In this document: in pieces, positions 27,035 through 38,449 of the stretch
Position numbering within the stretch: position 1 is the first letter of the stretch
How the letters are laid out: each line of letters opens with the position of its first letter
DNA from: Monocercomonoides exilis PA203
Taxonomy: Eukaryota > Protista > Preaxostyla
Length of the DNA stretch: 64,000 bases
Reading direction: 5' to 3'
Assembly (NCBI GenBank): GCA_001643675.2
Contig: LSRY02000029.1
Span: 496,001-560,000, forward strand
Notes under the pieces: generated by a model
Database searches by the model: none
What the model saw: only the letters and a program-made list of their open reading frames with translations
Told to the model about the DNA's origin: nothing
Translations under genes and position numbers: made by a program

Positions 27035-28181
27035 ATGTCTACAAAAGATACATCAGCAGAAGGAGAAGAAGAACAGTATACAACAATTCAATTTAGATCA
27101 TCAGAAGGTGATGTTGTCGGTGCTCCTTTAGTAGTCCCGAAAAACTTCACTTCAGTAGATCTTGAACAGGTGCTGAATCAAACTCTTGAAAATGTATGAA
27201 AGTTAAACAAATCAAATTGAGATTTTAATTAAATTTATTATTCATTATTTTTACAGACTGATGCAGTTCCTTACACTTTTTGGGTGAAAGGAAAAGAAAT
27301 TAAAGGAACAATTGGTGAATCTTTGATTAAAGGTGGTATAGCCAGCAGTGAAACAACGACTCCTGTGACTTATCTGCCTCAAGCACTTTTTAGGGTTTTG
27401 CCTGTTACCAGATGCACTGCCGAACTTCCTGGACATGAAGCTCCTGTTCTGACAATGCAATTCAGTCCGGATGGTTCAATTTTAGCAACGGGATCCGGAG
27501 ACAAAACTATGCGCCTTTGGGATATGTATACTTCTACTCCTCTTGAAACGTGTTCTGGTCATCGTAGTAGTGTTTTAAGCGTTAAGTGGTCTCCAGATGG
27601 AGAGAAAGTTGCCTCTGGGGGTGAAGATGGAGATGTTAGAATTTGGGATAGAGATGGAAAGCAAACAAAATTATTCCATGGTCATTCGAAGTGGATTAAT
27701 GGTTTAAGTTGGGAGCCATTTCATCTTAATCCCCAATGCCAATTGATTGTTTCAGCATCAAAGGATACAACTGCTAAAATTTGGAATGTGTCAAATGGTC
27801 GTTGCGAAGCAACGCTTAGTGGGCACAAGCAGTCAGTGTCATGCATTTGCTGGGGTGGGCGAGGTGTCATTTACACAGGTTCTCACGATGGAAATATATT
27901 TATGTGGGATGGAGCAACTGGTGCTCATTTAGGGCAGTTTGGCAGGCAACGAAGCCATTCGCATTGGGTGAACACGCTTGCTGTCAGTACAGACTATGCA
28001 CTTCGTGTTGGTCCATATGATGAAGATGGTCAGAAAAAGACTGTTTTAAGCGAAGCAAGAGAAGACGCTTGGTGGAGGTATAAGAACTGTGTCGAAGGGG
28101 AAGGAATGGGAAGAAATCGATCAAAGAAAGATTCATCATCATCATCTGCCACACCTTCTTCTTCTTCTTCTCCACTTGATG

Positions 28182-28214
<33 letters not shown>

Positions 28215-28762
28215 CTTCTCCTTTATCAGCAACTGCAATGGCATCTTCCTTATCCTCATGCGAGCGTGTGCTCACTGGAAGTGATGATTTCACGCTGTGC
28301 CTGTGGGATCCTCGCACTCCAAAAGACCCAATCAAGCGGATGACTGGCCATCAGGGCGTAGTGAACTGTGTATCATTCTCTCCTGATGGGCGTTTTATTG
28401 CCTCAGCCTCTTTTGACCGTACAGTGCGTGTTTGGGATGGAGTGGGCGGTGGACTTGTGGGTGTGCTGAGAGGACATACTGGAAAGTGCTACATGGTTTC
28501 TTGGTCTGCTGATTCGCGCCTTATCCTCAGCTGCTCTCAGGACTCTACAGCCAAAGTTTGGTCGAAAAAGGACATGGAGTTTGCGCATGATTTGCCTGGG
28601 CACTCAGATGAAGTGTATGCAATTGATTGGAGCCCCGATGGAGAAAGGGCTGCATCAGGCGGAAAAGACAAATCAGTAAGAATGTTTGCTTTTTCTTTTT
28701 GTAATCATAATAATTGTTTTATTATTTATGCAATTTGTATTTCTTTCAGATGGCGAAGTTAA
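27035..28762 (+). CDS. NLE1: Notchless/Rsa4 60S ribosome assembly WD40 protein, ~532 aa; exons 27035-27193, 27257-28683, 28750-28762
   Basis: N-terminal NLE/ubiquitin-like segment (IQFRSSEGDVVGAPLVVP...VPYTFWV...YLPQALFRVLPVTRC) followed by WD40 repeats, with family-typical LSWEPFHL, HSHWVNTLAVSTDYALR and ERVLTGSDDFTLCLW. The spliced C-terminus is GGKDKSVRIWRS. Confidence 0.95.
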
Positions 28763-29186
28763 TTATTCATAAGATAAATAATTCATTTCAAATAAGATTA
28801 TCACTTCAAATTCTTTCTTTTTCAACCAAAAAACAAATTAAAATTTTGCATGTCTGAATAACTTTTGTGTAAATAAAAAGGAGTGATGTGTAAAGCTTTT
28901 CAAAAAATATTTCTGAAAAGCATTTACCACAAAATGGTAATAAAAGACTTAAATAAAAAAGCTTGATTTCGTGCTTATGCACGAAGAGTGACAATACTTC
29001 AGGAATAGCACAAACAGGGGACAAAGTTTGTGTATTCAACAAAATAATCTCATAATAATTCAAATTCAATAAAACAATTGAAATAATAATACAAATTAAA
29101 AAATAATTATAAGCGAATATAACGGTTTACAGGATAAAATAAAAATTTTAAATCATTCATAATAAGAACGAGGAGCAACAACTCGT

Positions 29187-29885
29187 TCACTCAAATAATT
29201 TTGAGGATAACATGATTGGCGGAAGGAATGAATTTGCCCTTTTCGAATTTCCAAAAAAGAAATTGATTTCCCTTTCCGCGTCTTCCATTGATGCACTTCC
29301 ATGAACAGCATTGCGCTGTCCATTCAGCCCATAAATTGCTCGAATTGTGTTTGGGGCTGTTGATCTGGCAACTTCAGAGTTAGTTGGACCAATCAAGGCT
29401 CTCCATTTTGATACAGCGTTTTCTTGAGATAGGGCAAGAGCCAAAACTGGGCCAGAACTCATGAATTCAACAAGCGATTCATAAAAAGGCTTTCCTTTAT
29501 GCTCTTCATAAAAAAGAGATGCTTTCTCACGTGTTAATCTCTCCACTTTGCTTTGGACAACTGTGAAATTTGCTTGACGGATGATGCTTAAAATTTCGTT
29601 TCTGTTAGCGAATGCATCAGGTTTTATCATTGCAAATGTTGTGAAATTAGATTTCGCACGAAACGGTTCAGGATCAAAATCTAAAAGATCATCACTCTCA
29701 GTTTGCAATGAATCGAGCCATCTTGTAAGCGAGAAGCCTTTTGTCAGTACTCTTTCGAGAGAGCCAGTTGCGATGGCAACTAAAAGAAACGCCTGGATGA
29801 TCGCCGTTTGTGGTTAAAATCCTGATCTACCCATTGTGCGCATCTCGCACCCATCCTTTATTTTATCAGAATAAACATTGCTCAT
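29187..29885 (-). CDS. Nucleoside diphosphate kinase, group II (NME5/NME7-like) single domain with N-terminal extension; preferred exons 29885-29831, 29779-29187 (~215 aa)
   Basis: TFAMIKPDA, FYEEHKGKPFYESLVEFMSSGP, WRALIGPTNS, and catalytic His in RNAVHGSAS...AEREINFFF. The 5' end needs an intron to bypass the in-frame TAA at 29814-16, so the start is uncertain. Confidence 0.88.
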
Positions 29886-30055
29886 TTTGGAAGCTAAATT
29901 GTATTTATCCGGTTGCAATTTTGTTTGGAGAACATAAATTTTCGATTAGATTATTTTGGTATTTCTTCGGCAAGTGGTATTGAAAAAATGAACCTTGGTT
30001 TGAATATTCGTTAAATCGTTAATATTCGAGTTCATAAATTAACTATAACATTTTA

Positions 30056-33000
30056 ATGAAAGATGATACGTTCATTTTTGGGTTCAGCTTCTTTTTTCTT
30101 TGCTGCATGATTGTTCTTTACGTTTCATATTTGGTTTTACTGATAAAAAAGATGAAATTATTTTCGGAGCTAAGAGACTATTGTAAATGGCTCATATGGA
30201 AGCCTCTGCCAAGCCCTTTAAATGTTGAGTCTCAAATTAAAAAGGTAACATCATGCATTGAGGTTTGTGGAAGAATATGTTTTTTATCTAAGAATTGAAA
30301 TTTTTTGTTTTTTCACTAAAGACAATGTCTCTGGCTTCTCATCTTCAGTACACATCTTCTTCTCAATCATCTATTAAATCTGTCATGTCATTGCTTAAGC
30401 CTGTTGTTATTCATACTCCAAAAGCTGTTGAGCGGGCAATTAAAAATGATTTACCTTCGAATGATAAAGTTATATGGATTGAACGGGACTACAGTACATG
30501 TTCTACTATCCTTTCTCCATTGAATGTTGCGTCTGAAGAATTAAATATTGATTCGTCAATTCTTCAAAGCTCAGTTATGAGTTCATCCAATTCTTCATTC
30601 ACTCGATTGAAATCGAAGTCCATTATTTCTCATCTTTCAAAAACACCTTTATCTCTCCGTCCTCTTCTTGCTAAGCTTTCGTGCCAGTACAATTTACCGC
30701 AACAGCAACAGTTTCAAAGAGGCAATGATCAAGAAAGCTCAAATCCACTTCCACAAATGAATCAGCAGATAAGCACTCAATCTATAAGCTTTGTGGATGC
30801 TAGTTGTGAATCAGTAGGCGCTTCAACACAACAACAATCTGTTACTACCGATTTGCATCATGAATCTCATCGTCCGACGAAAAATAAGATTTTGTCTGCT
30901 GCTTCAACATTCTTTTCAACCATTTTTCTCTTCCCTCTGTTTCAAAATGTAATGATTCGCATTTTCCCTCCGGCTCCGTCTTTGCCTGCATATGCCATCC
31001 CATCCTCTAAAATAGCTTCTGCTTCGTTGTCTTCTTATGACTCAAGCCCTTCATCAGAAGTTGAAAGCGATCGAAACGAAGGAAAGCTTCCACGAGCAAT
31101 TGCAGAGCTCACAAACAGCAAAGACATTCAACAGCCGATGTATCCATTGGAATACACATCTCAGTTCTTCATTTCATTCTTCGTTTTGGCCTTGCTGTGT
31201 ATTATTGTGCTGGCTGCCGTCATGTCTTTTGTGATTGTTCCTTTCTTCCGTCCATATTCTGTTGAAAGCACATCTTCTGCTCTCTCAATTATCCCAACTG
31301 AAACATTACATGACACTTTTGAACCACACATCGGAACCAATTCATTTGAGGTTACTAATAATTTGGATCATTTGCCTGAAGAAGGAGTGAATTCAAGAGA
31401 GATCGATTCAACGCAAAAGTCTGATGATCAAAAGGAAAACTCTTCTTCTTCTTCTTCTTCTTCTTCTTCTTCTTCTTCTTCTTCTTCTTCTTCCTCTTCC
31501 TCTTCCTCTTCTTCTACTACTACTACTCAGCATTATTCCTTCGGTTTCCGCACCTTTCTCCTTGTCTTGTCAATTGCCTGCTCGATGCTTCTCTTCTTCC
31601 TTTTGTGTGTCACACTCTCTCACATCCACGAAGCACGTGCCAGTCTCAACACTCAGCCAGTCTTCTCTTTCTTCTCTTTCTCTCTGAGCGGAGTGCTTCG
31701 GCTGCACCGCGTCTCTATCAAGCGCCGCCCACCAGAAGAGACACGAAGACTGCTGAAGGAGAAGAAGATGCTGAGGCAACGAATGAGAGAGAGCGAAAAT
31801 GATGCACAGAATGTGGAGAAGAGAAGAAGCTATGGAAAAGAAGGGAAGGCTGATCAGACAGAAACAGCACATCTAAACAGAGCAAGATTGATGATGAATG
31901 TTGAGACAGGAAAGCAAAAGAGCAGCTCGTCAAATAAACACGCCAGAACCAGAAAGAGGAGCAGAGGCCGTTCGCATTCTCAGAGAGAGAGAATGCGCCA
32001 TTTGACAGACATGTCAATCAACGGGGACTCGATTGACTGGCAGCTGACAGACACGCTGTTGGACGATGCGTATGTGTTTCTGAGTGAGAAGGAGTATGCA
32101 GAGTATGTGGCCGACCTCGAAAACCCGAATGATGCAGGTTCGGCTGAAGTGAAGAGGCTGAATGGGGAAATGGCATATGATTTGAATGAAGTGCAGACAG
32201 AGCAGAGTGAAAGAGAAGGAAATGGCGCGGGCAAGACAGAAATGAACAGCTCAATCAGCACTTTACAGTCAACAACGACATCAACGGCTTCATCAGCTTC
32301 TGATGCTGCTTCTCCTTCAACTTCTGCTATTTCTTCTTCTTCCTCCTCTTCTTCTGCCTCATCGGATGTCAAAGGCATCAGACAAGATGCACATCTCTTG
32401 CCTCGCAGAAGGACAAAAGTGACATCTTCCTCTTTGCCTGTGTTCTCCACCTCTCCAATTGTCAACACAGAAACCATTGCAGAACTGCCTTTACTCGCTT
32501 TTCAGCAGAAAATGAAGCAGATTTTGAGTCTCTCAGCGCCAAAGGAGCAGACACCCAGTGAACGAAGCAAAGCGAAAATTGACAGCCCACAAAGGAATCT
32601 TACTGATGGCAAGCCAAAAGGAGTGCAAAGTTTATCCAAAACCAGCAATTTCTCACCAAATTCATCTTCAGTCTCTGAATTGTCGTCATCCATGCGCAGT
32701 ATCAAGTACTCAGATTCTGCCCAGCTGATCCGCCCAGCCAAGTCAGCCACTGCACTTTCACAGAAAATACCTTCCGTTGGACTGGATCAGAGCACTTCAG
32801 ACAGCTCTTCTCTTGTTGGAATGAAGAGCAATGAGGAGCATTCTCCAATGCTCACGATTGATCTACCATCACAACTGGATGATTGTGACGACCTCGACAT
32901 CACAACAAGGCCGTTTGATGCGAGTCCGATTGGACATTCAGACGAAGAGAACGAAAGAGGGAAGCTGCTGGACAAGCAGATGGGGAGAGGAGAGGATGGG

Positions 33001-34578
33001 CACAGCTTTGATTCAGAGAGCGAGCAGGATGAGGAAAAAGAGAAGGAGAAGGAGAAGGAACCAAAGGAGAAAGAGAAAGAGAAGAAGAAGAAAAGTAAAT
33101 CAAAGAAGAAAGAGAAAGAGAAAGAGAAAGAGAAAGAGAAAGAGAAAGAGAAAGAGCAATCGAAGAGCCAACAAGAGATCAACGAAGACTCGTTCAACGA
33201 CAGCAAGTCAGATGAGTCGTCTGCCTTCAGCAATTCAGAGGACGAGTCGAGCTTCAACGACGAGAGCCAGATTCTGAAGACGAAGCACCGCTATCAGAAG
33301 ACTATCCAACAAACTGACGACATTCTCACTCGAATCAACTCAGCAGACGATTGGGATGAGACCTCGCCAAAGACGATGATTCCTCTGGCTGAATCACTGC
33401 TGGCTCTGAAGAATGCTCAGTTGGCTTCATCTTTATCATCATCTTCTTCTTCTTCCTCCTCCTCCTCCTCTTCCTCTTCTGCCATTGTTGAGTTCTCTCC
33501 TCCATTGAAAATCGCACAAAGCAGGCCACTCCCTGGCGTGCATGCCATCACACCCTCAGACTCCCCCTCTCTTCCAATGGGCTCCTTCACCCTGACTGCC
33601 TCGTCCACTGCTCCTTCCTCCTTCGGCGCTTCAATCTCTTCTCCCACCCCTGCACACACCCCGTCCTCCCGCACACCCTCCAGACAGAGTTCAGTCTCTT
33701 CTCTCTCCACAACTGCTGCCCTGCCAAGTTCTCCCCCTCTTCTCCTCTTCATTTCTGTCGTTGCTTCGCCTTCTGAACCAGAATTCGACTGCAGCGGCAC
33801 TTTTGAGCACGAATTGTCTCCTTCATTATCGTGCGTCCAGGCATTTCCCACAGAAAATCCATGTTCACCTTCTGCAGTTGCAATTAACCCGATTGCTACT
33901 TCTGGAACAGGATCTTCGGATTCTTCATCTTCATCATCATCGTCGTCATATTCTTCTTCTTCTGAAAATGATGCTTCAACACTTTCTCATATGCTACCTT
34001 CTTCTTCAGCATCCTTTTCATCCTCCTCCTCCTCTTCTTCTTCTTCTTCTTCTTCTTCTCCCTCATTTGCATCATGTCAATCATCAGCTGTTGGCTCTGC
34101 CCCTTTCTCTCAGCCTGGCTATGTGGAGATAACAACACCAGCCAGCTTATCTTCATTCAGCACAGGCAATTCAGCTGCCTCTGCAAACTCTCTCTTCAGC
34201 TATCCCCCCACATCTCCTTATGTCATCCGCCTGCCGACTCTTCTCTCTGTCCAGTTGGAATGCCTTCTGAAGATCGTCTGTCAGAACTATGTCCCTGTGC
34301 CCATCCCTCGTCTCCGTCTCCTCTACTCTTCCATCTTCCCCAGCTCTTCTGTCTCTTCCCCTACTCCAACTGCCCCTCGTTCTGCCTCTTTTTCCTCTTC
34401 TCGGCTGGCTGAGTCATCTTCGACTCCTTTCCCTTCCGGCCACTTCCAGTCTGCCTTCTCATATGCCACTTCTTCTGTCTCCAACCCCCGCACACCTCAT
34501 TTCTATCGGCCATACACTCCCTCTCAATATCGCATCATGGTCTCTTCTCCCACCCCTCAGTTGCTTCTCTCTTCTTCT

Positions 34579-34609
<31 letters not shown>

Positions 34610-36435
34610 TCTATTCCAGTCGGTCTTCAGCCACCACGCCCATATTCGGAATGTCGTATCCTTCTTCTTTTATTCCCTTCTCCATCGCCAAGAACACCTC
34701 TCCTTGTGTCACTCATTCACAGCCACTTCAACAGTTCACCCCTCATCTTCCATCTGAAATACGCTCCACTTTGTCTACTTTGGATGCTGACCCTCTTTCT
34801 GCCTCATATTCTCATCAAGGCCATCCGGCAAGCTATCAAATATCAACTAATTTGACTTCCACTTCTGTGTCGGCTTCTTCTTTGTCTTCAGCTTCTTCCA
34901 CAAATATCGCATCTCCTTCAATGGCATCATCGTCATCATCGTCATTGTCTTCTTCTTCTTCTTCATTTTCTTCTTCATTACAGTCGTCTCAATCAACAGC
35001 TTCTGTTATCAATGCCACAAACGACTCTTCACCAACAACTGAACATTCAAGTCCATCGCCTTCTGTTTCTCTCTCTCTTTCTCTCCAAAATGTGTCTGAT
35101 GAATCAGCCATCACAAAAGAGGAAAACATTCCCCGATCCTCCAGCACTCCACTTGCATCTTCAAACAGACAAGAAGCAGGCGCCATGTCTCTGCAGTATG
35201 AAACTGTTCCTTCGTCATTTCAAAGCACCACTCAGATTCAGACGCATCAACCTTCTCAAAAGCAAATCAAAGATTCATTTGCACCTTTGCAAAAAAGCTC
35301 AACAATTTCCTTTTCTTCATCTGCTGCACACAAAAAGCATCAACCTGATTCTGATCTGCTCAGCGAGCCTTCACTGGAATTGTCTGAGAGGCAGAAAGGC
35401 AGCCGGAAGAGTGTCACCATCCAGTCTCAACCTGTGCGCCCATCCACACGCAGACCACAGCCTGTGTTTGCTGGGCATTCGTCTTCTTCTCACCATTCGT
35501 TTTTGCACGCTCCTCTGCCAACAACACTTGCAGATGACGAGTCTCTGACTTTCTCAGCCATAGGAGACTATCTGAAGACAGACAAGGGATACACAAGAGA
35601 GAACTTGGCACAGAAGAGCAGGGCAGAATCGTCTGAGCAGCAGAAAGCAGAGAAAGTTGCATTGGAAACGATGCAAAAGCCGATCGGGACAGAATGGATG
35701 GAATCAATCAACACGAACTGCCTCGGCCGGAACAACCGTTCTGGCTATGCAACTGCACAGACAACCAGAAAAGACACAGAAGACAGCAAAGAAGATGCAC
35801 CAGAGGTGTTGAGTGATGCTGAGACAGACGGCGAGTATCTGTCAATGAGCCATTCGAAAGCATCAGGCAGCTCATCTTTTTTGCAGCATCTGCATCAGAA
35901 GACGAGGATGCTCCGATATCTCGAGCCACAGGCAGGCGATTGGTCGGGTATCATTCCACTGAAAAGTATGAACGCACAGCCAGATGCTGCAGGAAGTGGA
36001 GAGACACTTGGACTGATTGCTGGCGGAGATGAGGAAGAAGAGACGGAAGGGGGGAGCGATGTTGTGTATGCACGTTATGATTATGAGAATGACAATGATA
36101 TGAACAGAGGAGCTTCTTATTTCGGTGAAGAAGACGGTGAAGAAGACAACGGAGAGTCGAAAAAAGGTGCATTTGCGTCTTCTTCTTCTTCGAATGCATC
36201 TGCTTTAAATGCTTCGCTTTTTGTGTCTCCAACTTCTCCATTCAGACAGTTCTCACCTCGTCGTCCATTGGACACACACAAGTCGTTGTCTAATCTGTCC
36301 TCTAAGCACAAAGCTGATGCCACAGGCGCTGAAGAGGAGTCGAGAATGCTCCAAGAACATGTTGCCAATGCACAGGGTGATGTGGATAGCGATAAGGCTG
36401 TTTCTATTTGGGGAATGAATAGCCAAGTGAAATAG
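30056..36435 (+). CDS. Uncharacterised ~2106-aa Ser-rich membrane protein; exons 30056-30262, 30322-36435
   Basis: A phase-0 59-nt intron (gtttgt...aaag) joins the 80-aa and 2046-aa ORFs. Hydrophobic segments: FIFGFSFFFLCCMIVLYVSYLVLLI, FFISFFVLALLCIIVLAAVMSFVIVPFF and FLLVLSIACSMLLFFLLCVTL. It carries long poly-Ser and (EK)n tracts, and I recognise no domain. Confidence 0.8.
31441..31527 (+). repeat. Coding microsatellite: (TCT)17, then mixed TCC/TCT and (ACT)4, encoding poly-Ser/Thr
   Basis: Directly visible perfect TCT run at 31441-31491. Confidence 0.9.
33031..33156 (+). repeat. Purine-rich (GAGAAA/GAGAAG)n tract encoding EK repeats
   Basis: Translates as EEKEKEKEKEPKEKEKEKKKKSKSKKKEKEKEKEKEKEKEKE. 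Confidence 0.85.
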
Positions 36436-36824
36436 AAATTAACTTGGGCAAAGTAATTTTGTATTTTTTTATTTTATTTCTTATTTGTTTTCGAATTTGG
36501 GATTTGGGATTTATTTGTTTTGAATTGTATATTTTTTAATGTTGTCGCAAACATTTTCGTTTGCGATGTTTTCAGATTATTGCGTTTTATGTTTCTTTAT
36601 TTTGAGTGATCTTCTTTAGTGGTATGTCTTCTTTTTCAGAATTTTTAAGCTCTAAGTTTATTAATAAGTATTGCATATGCATAATTGTCTCTTGTACTGT
36701 AAATGTTATATCATCATGACTTTTGAAACTTGCTGACATTTTTCGACTTCCAAAAAAAACAAACTTTAATCTTTTTTTTTATTAAGAAAACAAAAACTTG
36801 ATGAAAGTGTAATGAAATGTTGAT

Positions 36825-37623
36825 TCATTCAGATAAGAGAGCTGTGTACTTTTCGTATTCAATGTCCTCAGATGTTTTTTCTTTCCCCATAAGGTGTGAA
36901 ATGGATTCTACAGCTTCCTTTATACTCTTCTCGATTTCTTCTTGATCAGATTGTGGAGTGCTCATAAAATGATGTTGTATATCGTGGACTTTAACCCAGA
37001 CCTAAAATAATAAATCACAGGATAGATATAATCATTAATAATCGCAAGGCTTATCAAAAAAAATTTTTTTTGAATTAATTCAAACTTTGTCGTTTATTGG
37101 CCTTCCTCCAGCACTCACAAGGACAACAGAGCAAATGGCTTGAGGATCTGCACTTTGTTTTCGTAAGACAGTTGCATCTGGATAAATCTTTTTTATTGCA
37201 GCTTCTGCAACCTCTATCATAGCTCTTCCAGATTTCGTGGTTTTGTAGCATATTGCAAAAACAAGTTGAGAATTAAATGATGGCTCTTCTTGTATTTCTA
37301 AGTAAACAAAAGAAATTATATTGCCAAACATGCAAATTTTCAAACATACGTAAACTTTGTTGATTTTCTTCTGATGACTGTTGCGATGGAAGCGTTGAGG
37401 TAACCTGCATTGATGTTGCTGAAGTGTTGTCTCCATGTGCATTAGTATTTGGATATGTACCATACATTGAATAATACCATGTGCAGTATTGCGTCCATTG
37501 TTGGAGGTAAAGTTGCATTTCTTCTTGATACTTTGTATATGCAGATATATATTCCTTAAGTTCTTTAAGTTGCTCTGCTGAAAGCTGTTCAACGGAAGTG
37601 ATTATAGACTCTTCTGTTTGCAT
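36825..37623 (-). CDS. Small three-exon protein, ~220 aa, with a Gln/Tyr/Trp-rich N-terminal helix and a possible Rdx/thioredoxin-like C-terminal domain; exons 37623-37350, 37297-37086, 37001-36825
   Basis: Two in-phase introns (gtatgt...ttag 52 nt; gtttga...ttag 84 nt) join the 116-aa and 170-aa ORF pieces and a terminal exon VWVKVHDIQHHF...EYEKYTALLSE*. The total of 663 nt is divisible by 3. Confidence 0.75.
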
Positions 37624-37839
37624 TTTGCAAAAGAATGTTTTTATGATTTACGTAATATGTGTGTTAATTTTAAGAAAAATAAAATTTCTTTTTAATGAAA
37701 AAAAATTATTCCGCACAAAAAAATAATCTTAAAATTTTTACCATTTTTTATTTCAGTGATAAATTGAACAAAAAGTGATGGAATAAAACAGGATAGTGAT
37801 TTTAAGATGTCATTTGCATCTGTTTCACTTTTTAACAAT

Positions 37840-38343
37840 TTATAACTCATCCTTTCTTGAATTGTTAAATCTCAATTGGGGCAATTGTTGTTTTCTGACT
37901 TTTTCATATTCTCGCAAAATCATGTTCGATGAGCAATAAAATTCTTCAACTCGGTTTTTTCGGTTGATCCAATACTTTTAAAAAAAGTCAAAACGAAAAC
38001 GAAGATTTTAAAAAAAAACCAATAAATGAGTCATACCATCTCCTGGAAACAAAATATCAACAACTTTCATGGCTTTTATTAAAGTAAGATCTAAAAGGCT
38101 TTTTATATGATTGCACAATTTCTTTTTTCCTCCTTGCAGATTGTATTCCTCAACGAATTCATCTGGGTTTTCAAGAATATCAGCAAGCGTTTTTAACTGT
38201 TCCTCATCCAAAAATTTTAGTTTGCTGGCGTAAGGAAATTTTTGATCTTGCTGAGCAATACGCTCAATAGACATCAAATAAATGAATTTTGAAAAAGATA
38301 AAACATATAATAAATTCTTTTCATTTTGATATTTATCTCCCAA
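37840..38343 (-). CDS. Possible small spliced hypothetical protein; exon structure unresolved
   Basis: Coding-like stretch MSIERIAQQDQKFPYASKLKFLDEEQLKTLADILENPDEFVEEYNL...FPGD followed by a good donor (gtatga) and a T-rich intron-like tract. The 5' and 3' ends are ambiguous. Confidence 0.4.
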
Positions 38344-38449
38344 GCTTTGAAATAACTTTGAATGAAGATTAGCTAATGTTTCTCCAAGTTGCTTTAATTT
38401 TTCTTGATTCGAAAACTATTTAATTTCTTATGGATAGTATCGATCAAAA

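Noticed and set aside
37840-37975. Minus-strand frame ending in KDEL (…RFNNSRKDEL*) as an ER-retained protein
   Set aside because: The first available acceptor joins the upstream exon in a different frame (ending VLDQPKKPS*), and no signal peptide is evident, so it cannot be supported without RNA data.
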